A stretch of DNA of 64,000 bases from an uncultured Poribacteria bacterium (lineage in GTDB: Bacteria; Poribacteria; WGA-4E; WGA-3G). The notes under the pieces were generated by a model. It worked only from the letters and a program-made list of their open reading frames with translations. It was not told the origin of the DNA and made no database searches. The position numbers and the translations under genes are program-made. The stretch lies in assembly GCA_951813565.1 (NCBI GenBank), contig OX638351.1, forward strand, positions 1,984,001-2,048,000, read 5' to 3'. Shown piece by piece: positions 10,558 to 19,778 of this stretch (the stretch's first letter is position 1; every line of letters begins with the position of its first letter).

Positions 10558-11562
10558 ATGAGAAAAGTTTTTATTATATTTATTCTTTTTATATTCGTAA
10601 TACTACCTGCTGCAGCTGAACGAACGTATACAGCGGATTTTCTTACATTTGGAACGGGGGCGCGTCCGTTAGGTATGGGTAACGCCTTTACCGCTATCGC
10701 TGATGAGGCAAGCACCACTTACTATAATCCTGCTGGCATTGCACAGTTGACGCATCATGAATTTAATTTTATGCACGCCACGCTTGCGGACCTCGCTGCG
10801 TATGACGTGGCAAGTTATATCTACCCGTTTTCTCCCAAAATGACTTTCGGCATCAGTTGGCTCCGTGTCGGTGTAGACGACATCCCGATTACAGGCATTC
10901 CGGTTACCACCAGAGCAATTGGTCCTAATAATCGTCCTTATGTCATTGGCACTTTTAGCAATACAAGTAATGCTGTGCTGCTGAGTGGCGCACGGCATCT
11001 CACCACTTTACCACGGGATGTCTCCATCCATCTCGGTGCCAGCCTCAAGTTGATCTATATCGCAGCATATCGTAATACCAACGCCATTGGTGGTGGCAGT
11101 GATCTCGGTATTCTTGCAAAAACTAACGAAGATAAATCATCTGCTTTCTCCTTCGGTGTCGTAGCGAGTGATTTCCTTACAACTAAACTCTATTGGAATA
11201 CAGTGCCGGAAAACGAAGGTGAATCGCCTCACACAGAGACACTATTGCCGCGCCTCAAAATAGGTATTGCCTACCATCAGAAACTTGCTATTTTTAACAG
11301 TAAACTCACCTTAGCAGCTGATGTGGACACCCGCAACGACTATGAATTTCACACCGGGGCAGAATACGTTCTCTTTGAACTGTTAGCACTCCGCTGTGGG
11401 TTTGATGGACGAAACGGCACGTCCCGCGCGATGTACTTTACCGCTGGTGCTGGGATCCAACTCCGCTTCGTTACTGGTGCTGCATTTCATGTCGACTATG
11501 CCTATCAAAGACAACCAGATTTAGGCATCAGCAACCGCCTCTCCCTCCGCGTTAGATTTTAA
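10558..11562 (+). CDS. porV: PorV/UPF0164-like outer membrane beta-barrel
   Basis: Signal peptide; GTGARPLGMGNAFTAIADEASTTYYNPAGIA motif; VDYAY; terminal Phe beta-signal (LSLRVRF). Confidence 0.8.
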   Translation: MRKVFIIFILFIFVILPAAAERTYTADFLTFGTGARPLGMGNAFTAIADEASTTYYNPAGIAQLTHHEFNFMHATLADLAAYDVASYIYPFSPKMTFGISWLRVGVDDIPITGIPVTTRAIGPNNRPYVIGTFSNTSNAVLLSGARHLTTLPRDVSIHLGASLKLIYIAAYRNTNAIGGGSDLGILAKTNEDKSSAFSFGVVASDFLTTKLYWNTVPENEGESPHTETLLPRLKIGIAYHQKLAIFNSKLTLAADVDTRNDYEFHTGAEYVLFELLALRCGFDGRNGTSRAMYFTAGAGIQLRFVTGAAFHVDYAYQRQPDLGISNRLSLRVRF

Positions 11563-11829
11563 GCGTGTGGTACCCTATTACAGTAAAATCCATAATTATT
11601 TATACACTACGGTAGGTGCGGTTTCCTAACCGCACCTAATGCCGAGAAAATAAGATAAATCCCGTTAATTTGGTATAACATGTATGTTAAACATTATGAT
11701 AGACAAGTATAGATGTGAAAAAGATGGAAAGGTATATAATCTTGTTTTCTTAGTGCAGTTATGATGTGAAAAAGGCAGGTAAATCAATGTTTCCTGCCTT
11801 TTGAATGTGCATTGCTGCTTGCCCTTATT

Positions 11830-12402
11830 TTACTCTTGTAACTCTCCGTTGATATAGACATCCGAATGACTGTCATTAGTTTGGGATGAAGAACTATGTC
11901 TATTATTGAGGACGACATATAGTGGATCTGACCAAACAGAACCACTTGCCTGACAATCGGAAATTGTGTCTGCAGGAGCGAGGTGTCCAAACCCGGTAAG
12001 GTATGTATTGAAATTATCACTAAAGTCACCATTTCTACTACCACCGCCTTGGTCTGGATTTGGCCGAGGTGTTGCTGTCACCCAATCATGAGCCAGGTGT
12101 GCGCTACCCCAGGACTCCCAAACATCGTGATCATCTGAGTTTTCTGCACCGAGTTCTACCCATGTGTATAGCAGATGCTGAGATGCTGACGCAGAACTTT
12201 TGCTATATGCTGGTCCATCAGAATCTTCACCAGATCGCGAAATTGACACGTAGAAATCAGGGTTATCTGGGTCAGACCATTTACGTTCTTCATCCGTATC
12301 TCGATTGTGCCATCTACCATCAACTGGGCCGCGGAGAGAAAAACTGATAGAGACAATACTAAAAACCATCGCGAGAATTAACAAAGCGGAAAACTTTTTC
12401 AT
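11830..12402 (-). CDS. Secreted hypothetical protein, distant paralog of 59141..59683
   Basis: Signal peptide MKKFSALLILAMVFSIVS; ATGA overlap with the upstream gene. Confidence 0.75.
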   Translation of the reverse strand: MKKFSALLILAMVFSIVSISFSLRGPVDGRWHNRDTDEERKWSDPDNPDFYVSISRSGEDSDGPAYSKSSASASQHLLYTWVELGAENSDDHDVWESWGSAHLAHDWVTATPRPNPDQGGGSRNGDFSDNFNTYLTGFGHLAPADTISDCQASGSVWSDPLYVVLNNRHSSSSQTNDSHSDVYINGELQE

Positions 12403-13184
12403 TTCAATTCCTCCTTTAGGAATTCATAAGGGTCAATGCCCTCAGAGTGTTCCAAAACTGTAATATGTGATGGAATATTCCGTTTAAATACAATGTGTTT
12501 CGGGACAAAAATATCAGAAAATCCGGACAGTCCTCGCGGTAGTAAATCAAGCGTGTTTGGATGTCCCGACAGGCGTTGTGCGACTTTTTCCACGCTGCCA
12601 TCCGGTAGAGTGAAATCACTCCATGTGACATAGATAGTCCCGCGAATAGTGGGATAAACCAAACCGGTGTCATAATTTATTCCTATGCCTTCAGTACGTA
12701 TACCTTGTTGCCACAACTTAACATCAACTCGCATCATTAGTTCTTGACTTTTAGACAGTGGCTTATCAAAGATATTCGGTGCTCGGTATCCTGATGGAAT
12801 TTCAGGATAGGGCCCGAATCCGTGCGGTGAAACACGCACATCAACAGTTTCTTGTGATTGTGTAGATGTGTTTGTTTCTACTGGGTCTATACCATCTACC
12901 AGAGGATCAGACATTCCTGTTGTATCATCTGTGGAAACCGCCGTATTTTCCGTAGAGCCAACCGTTTGTGTTGTGCCTACCTGTTTGGTTGTTCTGTCAG
13001 TGTCCCGTGCTTTTTTTGACTGCTCCCATTGCCGTACCTGCTCGGCGGTTTCCGCTGCTTGTTGTCGGTCCGGTGCAAGACTGTACTGGTACCACAAATA
13101 GCACAAGTAACACAATCCCGCTATAACGAGTATAGTTCCGATACTTCCAAGTATCCATTTAAGAGTATCAGTATTGCGGTTCAT
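12399..13184 (-). CDS. Membrane-anchored hypothetical protein with VRVSPHGFGP motif, paralog of 58399..59136
   Basis: N-terminal TM helix, Thr-rich linker, conserved C-terminal domain. Confidence 0.8.
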   Translation of the reverse strand: MNRNTDTLKWILGSIGTILVIAGLCYLCYLWYQYSLAPDRQQAAETAEQVRQWEQSKKARDTDRTTKQVGTTQTVGSTENTAVSTDDTTGMSDPLVDGIDPVETNTSTQSQETVDVRVSPHGFGPYPEIPSGYRAPNIFDKPLSKSQELMMRVDVKLWQQGIRTEGIGINYDTGLVYPTIRGTIYVTWSDFTLPDGSVEKVAQRLSGHPNTLDLLPRGLSGFSDIFVPKHIVFKRNIPSHITVLEHSEGIDPYEFLKEELK

Positions 13185-13423
13185 CTTTACCTTCCGAGTG
13201 TTATAGCAAGTACATGCAACATGCAGTTGTGTCTACAATTAAAGGTTTTGTTCAAGAAATGCGATTACAGCGTACGGAAAAACCTTTCAACCGCCGCTAC
13301 AAGCGATTGTTAAAATAATATCAAATTTGCAAAAAAAAAAATCAAACAAAAATTATAAAAATTTCTGTCACACTGTTTCAGCGAGTATATCCGCATAAAA
13401 TCAAAATGAAAACCAACAGCCAT

Positions 13424-14599
13424 TTATGGACAAACAAACTTCCCTAACACCTTCCCACACGATGCCCCTGTTGCATTCGGAACGTTACCAAAATTGCCAT
13501 GCAACGCCTCGTTCGCAAGGATAGCAAAGGCAATTGCCTCTTTAGCATCTCCTGAAATTCCTTTTTCTGCAACATCAACAACTGGAATGGGATCAAACGC
13601 GTCGGCAAGACCGCGCATCATAAAAGGGTTTTGCGCGCCGCCACCGCTGACGTATAAAATATCCAATGGCGATTTTGCTTCAACAAAATGCTTATAGTAT
13701 TGGGCGATACTTTTGACTGTCAATGCTGTGACTGTTGCAAGTCCATCGGACTCTGAAATTTCTTCAGCGCTTATCTGTTGTAAGCAGGCATCTGCAAACG
13801 CTGTGCCAAACATTTCGCGTCCAGTCGTTTTGGGTGGGGACAACTCAAAAAACGGATGTGCAAGCCACGTTTTTAAAAGGTTTTTACACACCGTGCCTTG
13901 CTTTGCCAATTCTCCATTTTCATCAAACTGCTTTTCGTTATCAGTTATCTTTTGAACGCATGCGTCTAAAATCATATTGCCGGGACCTGTATCTGATGCT
14001 TGAACTGCTTCAAGGCCGCAACCTGCTGGTAGCACTGTCAGATTAGCAATACCCCCGATGTTCAAAAGTCCAATTGTTTGTGTTGAATGGTGAAATAGCA
14101 TATAATCGGGATATGCGATTAACGGTGCGCCTTCGCCGCCTGCTGCGACATCTGCTACACGGAAATCGGCGATTGTTGGGATACCTGTTTCATGTGCTAT
14201 CACAGCAGGTTCGCCAATCTGTAGTGTAGCGGGGGTTGGTGCTGAAGGCATGTGGTGAATTGTTTGCCCGTGGGATCCGATGAGGTCAACTTGTGTTAGC
14301 GTCATGCCAACCTTTTTTAGCACTGCTAAAACACTTTCCGCGAATATCTTTCCGAGCACAAAATTCATTGTGCAGATTTCATCAACTCGTGCTGTGTCAA
14401 CGCTAAAAAGGTCAAAAATTCTCTTGCGCGTCTCAGCCTTATACGGGACCGTTTCAAATGCTATCAGGTCTATTTTCGTAGTCAGTCCTGACCCTATAAT
14501 GTCAACAATGGCAACATCTACTCCATCTGCAGATGTTCCACTCATTAACCCTATAACAGTCTTTTTCTCTTTTTGTAGTAGGTCGTAAAATGGTTTCAT
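13424..14599 (-). CDS. anmK: Anhydro-N-acetylmuramic acid kinase
   Basis: IGLMSGTSADGVD, GSHGQT, DFRVADVAAGGEGAPL, NIGGIAN, DTGPGN, KEAIAFA. Confidence 0.96.
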   Translation of the reverse strand: MKPFYDLLQKEKKTVIGLMSGTSADGVDVAIVDIIGSGLTTKIDLIAFETVPYKAETRKRIFDLFSVDTARVDEICTMNFVLGKIFAESVLAVLKKVGMTLTQVDLIGSHGQTIHHMPSAPTPATLQIGEPAVIAHETGIPTIADFRVADVAAGGEGAPLIAYPDYMLFHHSTQTIGLLNIGGIANLTVLPAGCGLEAVQASDTGPGNMILDACVQKITDNEKQFDENGELAKQGTVCKNLLKTWLAHPFFELSPPKTTGREMFGTAFADACLQQISAEEISESDGLATVTALTVKSIAQYYKHFVEAKSPLDILYVSGGGAQNPFMMRGLADAFDPIPVVDVAEKGISGDAKEAIAFAILANEALHGNFGNVPNATGASCGKVLGKFVCP

Positions 14600-14711
14600 G
14601 GTTATTGGTTATCGGTAATCGGTTAAGACAGGGATCGCTTTCAAAAGTTTCTTTAACCGAATTGGTGAATGGCACGACGGAGCGTGCCTACTACTATGCA
14701 ACGGATAACGA

Positions 14712-15884
14712 TTAATACAACAGATAAGGTTCTCGCCTTACCCGAAATTGTTCTATGTCAATTGACCATGTTTCAATAATTTCATCGCACGGTGTTCCTG
14801 CTAACAGCGCCCCCCGAAGAGTTGAACTGCCTGCTAATCTATCAAAATGTGTTTCGCGAAATTCAAATTCACTGGGATGTTCATCAATTAATATTCCTAA
14901 CATCCGGACTGCCACTTCAACCGGTGCCACCTGCTTGGTATCGGTGATATGTATTGCAACGCCGTGACACACTTCACCTTCATATTTGGAGAATTGCGGC
15001 GTAAACACAATTGGACGGAAAAGCACACCTGGAAATTGATGCTTGTTCAAGCGAGTTGCCCATCTCTCTTTATTTATCCACGGTGCACCAATATATTCAA
15101 ACGGTTTTGTCGTGCCGCGTCCTTCGCTCACATTAGTGCCTTCAAATAGACATGTTCCTGGATAGAGTGTGGCTGTATCAAGTGTTGGCATATTCGGTGA
15201 AGGCGGGATCCAATGCAAGTCTGTATCGCTGTACCACATCTCACGATGCCACCCTTGCAGCCGAGCTATCTTAAGTGGAAAGTTAAATCCTTGTTCGGCA
15301 TGAAAAAGTCTTGCGATTTCGCCAATCGTCATGCCGTAGCGCACTGGGATCGGATACGGGCCAACTAACGAAGTGTGATCTGATTCTAACAGTGGTCCTT
15401 CTATGCTGATCCCTCCGATGGGATTCGGACGATCCGCAACAATACACTCAACACATTTTTCCGAGTCCATTGACCATTCAAGTGCTTTCATCGTTTCCAG
15501 CAACGTGCCAAGATATGTATAATACCGTGCTCCCACATCCTGTATATCGTAGATAAGTACATCTAAAGTTTGGAGTGCTTCGGCCCATGCAAAGGGTGTT
15601 GTTCCATACAGACTATAGACCTGTAGCGTCTGTTCCTCAGATCCATTTTTTTCTTGATTTTGACGATATTTGGTGTCTGCTATCTTTATTCCATCTTGTG
15701 CTGCACCCCACAACCCATGCTCTGGCGAAAAGAGAGCATCTAAATTGAAGTGATTATTTAGGAGCGTAATATTTTGCGTTAAGTTTTCGTCAACGCCAGT
15801 GTGATTTGTTAGCAGACCGATCGATTTTCCATCGAGCCATTCCTGTTTTTCTGTGAGTAGGTGGGTTATACCGAGTTTTATCAT
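14712..15884 (-). CDS. namZ: Exo-beta-N-acetylmuramidase NamZ (DUF1343)
   Basis: FSPEHG, YDIQDVGARYYTY, DRPNP, PPSPNMP, SEGRGTTKPFE. Confidence 0.92.
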   Translation of the reverse strand: MIKLGITHLLTEKQEWLDGKSIGLLTNHTGVDENLTQNITLLNNHFNLDALFSPEHGLWGAAQDGIKIADTKYRQNQEKNGSEEQTLQVYSLYGTTPFAWAEALQTLDVLIYDIQDVGARYYTYLGTLLETMKALEWSMDSEKCVECIVADRPNPIGGISIEGPLLESDHTSLVGPYPIPVRYGMTIGEIARLFHAEQGFNFPLKIARLQGWHREMWYSDTDLHWIPPSPNMPTLDTATLYPGTCLFEGTNVSEGRGTTKPFEYIGAPWINKERWATRLNKHQFPGVLFRPIVFTPQFSKYEGEVCHGVAIHITDTKQVAPVEVAVRMLGILIDEHPSEFEFRETHFDRLAGSSTLRGALLAGTPCDEIIETWSIDIEQFRVRREPYLLY

Positions 15885-16939
15885 CCGAACACTATCCTGT
15901 GGAATTGATTACGACATTCAATGATGCCTGTGCGTTGTGCATCTGGGTGAACCCGATTTGTCAACAAGATAGCAGCTATCCCCTTTTCAAGATCAATCCG
16001 TATTGAGGTGCCGGTGAAACCAGTATGATACATTGAACCGTCAGCAAGGATATGCCAACCGATACTTCGTTGTTCGGAAGCATCGTGCGGTGTCAGTGGT
16101 GTTGCCAATGCTTTTATGCTGCCAGGAGATAGAAACGTGCTGCCGTTTTGGAGTAGCATCTGACAAAAAATAATGAGGTCTCTCACATTAGAAAAAAGTC
16201 CTGCATTACCGGATACGCCACCCAGAAAATTGGCATTTTCATCGTGAACTTCCCCGACAATAACACCTTCGCGCCAGTTATGACCACGGTAATAACGACC
16301 ATGCTGCCCCGATTTTATCATTCTGCGTTCGAAACTGTTTGAATCTTCTGTTGCTGCACAGTTGTCATGCAGCTGCGGTGGTGGATTGTATAAGGTGCGG
16401 TTCATAGCAAGTGGTTTGAAGATAGCCTTATGCGCCAAACTATCTAACGCTTCTCCTGTGACAGTAGAGATAAGCTTCCCCATAAGAATATATCCTAAGC
16501 AGCTATAGGTAACCTTCTTACCAGGGACAGCTTCAAGTGGCATTCTACCCAAATGTTGTATCACATCTTCAGGTGAATCTGTTTCAATATAGAGCGGTTT
16601 CCAAGCGGGTAATCCAGAGGTATGTGTGAGTAGATGGCGACACGTAATATGCGGGTGTTTGAACGCGGGGAGATATGTCTGTGCTGGCGCATCTAACGAC
16701 AACTTTCCAGATGCAACCAACTGCATGGTAAGTGTTCCGATGACGATAGGTTTTGTTAAGGAGGCGAGATCAAACAACGTGTCGTGAAGCATCGGTGCTT
16801 GCTTCGGTGTTATAATACGGTCTCCGAACGCTGCGTGATAAATAACGTTGTCTTTTTTAAGGATAGCAACAACAGCACCGGGGAATATCTTTTCGGTGAT
16901 TTTCTCTTCAATGAGTGTTGAAATTGCTTTAGCAGTCAT
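15881..16939 (-). CDS. Serine hydrolase, beta-lactamase family (AmiE-like amidase by context)
   Basis: FDLASLTK (SxxK), LLTHTSG, GEVHDENA, HTGFTG; operon with namZ and anmK; start taken at MTAKAI. Confidence 0.88.
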   Translation of the reverse strand: MTAKAISTLIEEKITEKIFPGAVVAILKKDNVIYHAAFGDRIITPKQAPMLHDTLFDLASLTKPIVIGTLTMQLVASGKLSLDAPAQTYLPAFKHPHITCRHLLTHTSGLPAWKPLYIETDSPEDVIQHLGRMPLEAVPGKKVTYSCLGYILMGKLISTVTGEALDSLAHKAIFKPLAMNRTLYNPPPQLHDNCAATEDSNSFERRMIKSGQHGRYYRGHNWREGVIVGEVHDENANFLGGVSGNAGLFSNVRDLIIFCQMLLQNGSTFLSPGSIKALATPLTPHDASEQRSIGWHILADGSMYHTGFTGTSIRIDLEKGIAAILLTNRVHPDAQRTGIIECRNQFHRIVFG

Positions 16940-17159
16940 CACCCATGAGTTTATCTTATTTTTGGAAACGGTGTCAACAGATTTGTTGTGAGTATTGGTT
17001 ATAGAATGTGTTAGAAGGCAGATAATTGACGTTGCTACTTTACAATATGGTGAATTATAAAAATAAATATACACCTTCACCCCTCTGCTGGCGAGGTTTC
17101 CTAACCTCGCTGGTGCAAAGTGTCCAAATAATTCTAAAATCTACCATATATAGCACGCG

Positions 17160-18214
17160 TTAGGGTGAAATACCACTGATGAGTGTTCGTAAGTGTCGTC
17201 CCGTTTCCACATCCCACAGCTCTACTCCGCCTAATATATTGTCACTCGCGATAGTTTTTCCGTCAGGACTGAACGCTACCATTCTTCCCATTCTCCTGAC
17301 AAGATCCCGCTTATTTTTTATTCTGAACTTATTTTCTCTTGTGAGCGTTCGGAGGAGTTGTCCGGTCTTCACATTCCACAGACGGATAGCACTGTAAATA
17401 CTGGTACTTGCGATAGTTTTTCCGTCCGGACTAAACGCAACGCTCCAGACAGCTGTCATTTGCTCTGTGGTGAGAGTTCGGAGTGGCTCTCCTGTATCCG
17501 CCTCCCATAGACGCACAGTTTTGTCATGGCTTCCACTTGCGATAGTTTTTCCATCTGAGCTGAACGCAACGTCCCAGACGGTTGCCGTATGCCCTATGAG
17601 AGTTTGAAGGAGTTTTCCTGTCTGTGCATCCCACAAGCGCACAGTTTTATCATAACCGCCGCTTGCGATAGTCTTTTCGTCGGGACTAAACGCCACGCTC
17701 CATATCTTTTCTGTATGTCCTCTAAATGTTTGGAGGATTTTTCCTGTGTCCACATCCAACAGATAGAGGGTTTTGTCCCAACTCCCATTTATGAGTGCCT
17801 TGCCATCCGGACTAAACGCCACGCTCCTTGCCCAATTCGTATGTCCTGTAAATTTTCGGAGGTTTTTGCCTGTGTGTGCATCCCACAAACGAATGGTATT
17901 GTCCTGCACGCCACCACCTGCAAGTATATTTCCGTCCGGGCTAAATGCAATGGTAGCGGCAGAATCTGTAAACCCTGTGAATTGCACAATTTCATTACCT
18001 GTCCGGGCATCATAGAGCCAAATACCTTTGGTATTTGCCATCGCGAGTCGTGTGCCATCGGGAGAATACTTTATATCAGTGATAGCGCCTTTTTTCTGGT
18101 GTGCTTCCCGCCTTTGGTTAAATTATTTCGTGGTGAATTTTGCGCAAGGATGCAAGACATAAATGTGAAGGGGACGAACAGTACTATCAAAATTGAAGAC
18201 AATTTGTTTTTCAT
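17160..18214 (-). pseudogene. Secreted WD40-repeat protein with one frameshift near 18090-18110
   Basis: Signal peptide from ATG 18214 is out of frame with the WD40 repeats (FSPDG...LWD) of ORF 17160..18041. Confidence 0.75.
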
Positions 18215-19268
18215 GGGTGTGTTCTCCTTTTGTGTTGCTCTAAGCGGTAGTAATCGAGTATTTCGAGTCTTCGGAGTTGTCGTCCGGTTTCCGCGTCCCA
18301 CAGATCTACTTCATTGCTACCGCAAACTGCGATAGTCGTTCCATCTGGACTAAACGCCACCGCACTAAAACCATGACCCGAGTTCCGATCTCTGAATGTT
18401 TGGAGTTGTTTTCCTGTATCCACCTCCCATAGACAAGTGTGGTGAAGATCAGCACTTGCGAGAGTCTTTCCATCCGGACTGAACGCTATGCTACTGACCC
18501 AATGCCTATTCTCGAATATTCGTAGGCGTTTGCCTGTATTCGCATTCCACAGGCGGATGGTATTGTCATGACCTCCAGTAGCGATAATCTTGCCATCCGG
18601 ACTAAACGCCACGGACCGGACCCATCCCGTATGCCCTGTGAGTGTTCGGAGTTGTTTTCCTGTGTTCACATCCCACAGACGGATAGTATTGTCCAAACTC
18701 CCAGTAGCGATAGTTCTTCCATCCGGACTAAACACTACACACCAGATCAATTCCGTATGTCCTGTGAGTGTTCGGAGTTGTTTTCCTGTGTCCGCATTTA
18801 ACAGATAGATTTTTTTTCTAAATCTCTAATTGCGATAGTCTTGCCATCCGGACTAAACGCTATGCACCAGTCCGATAATGTCTTATGCCCTATAAGTGTT
18901 CGGAGGAGTTGTCCCGTGTTCATATCCCACAGACGAATGGTATTACTGAAACTTGCCCTTGCGATCATATTTCCGTTCCTACTAAACGCGATTTTCACAG
19001 CCCTACCCGTATGCTCTGCGACTTTGATAGGTTCGTCATCTGTACGGACATCGTAAAGCAAAATGCCGAAGTTCCCCGCCACCGCGAGGCGTGTGCCATC
19101 GGGAGAATACTTTATATCATAGACGTTGACTTTCCCAGGTCGCACTTTCGCGTCCTCAAAGAAATCCCCTTGCTGTGGATCGTCCTGCGGGGTTTGGGCA
19201 AGGCTGTTAAATGTAAATGTGAGTACTATCAACAGTACTGGCAAAATTGAAAACAATCTATTTCTCAT
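18211..19268 (-). pseudogene. Secreted WD40-repeat protein with a frameshift at an A8 tract (18810-18817)
   Basis: ORFs 18798..19268 and 18211..18750 join into one WD40 protein if one A is added (LEKK-IYLLNADTGKQLRTLTGH). Confidence 0.78.
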
Positions 19269-19400
19269 CGGTTAGTTCTCCTTTTGTGTTGTGCAAAACA
19301 CCTATTTGGGTAGAAAGACATGGATTAGATACAAAATCATTTTAACATTGCGTTTATCCTACTATGCATTGGATTCAATGTCAATTGTCCTATCTGAATC

Positions 19401-19638
19401 GGGTGTGTAAATATCTTGTCAATTTCTGAATCTCGAATTTTGCGGATGCCGCAGATTTCGCGGATTATCCCTTCATACACGCCACAATCATTTTCCAAAA
19501 AACGCTGTTGTCACAAGACACCTCTTCAATCCGCGTCTGTCCGCGTCATCTGTGATAATCCGCGATTCAGACAAAATTGGAGTTAGAAAACCTTCCTACA
19601 AGAGAATAAGGTGGACAATATCAAAAACTTACACACCC
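19401..19638. mobile_element. MITE with GGGTGTGTAA/TTACACACCC ends
   Basis: TIR matches the ends of the adjacent ISKra4-like element; internal long inverted repeat (TCTGAATCTCG...CGCGATTCAGA) also found at 21660-21841. Confidence 0.7.
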
Positions 19639-19778
19639 TGATATAGTAAAATCTGAAAACAAGTTGACACACATAAAGGATGTTAACCCCCTACCCCTTG
19701 TCAGTGAGGAAACCGTGACGTTTTCGTTAAATTGTAGTGTATAGGCAATTGTAAAATTTACTATAAAAAGAGAAGGCA

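Noticed and set aside
17589..18335. 248-aa plus-strand ORF and the other short overlapping ORFs in the track
   Set aside because: Antisense or alternate-frame shadows of well-supported genes, tRNAs or repeats, with no motifs.
17160..19268. DGR template/variable repeats among WD40 or TolB paralogs
   Set aside because: No reverse transcriptase in the window, and the differences are not adenine-specific.
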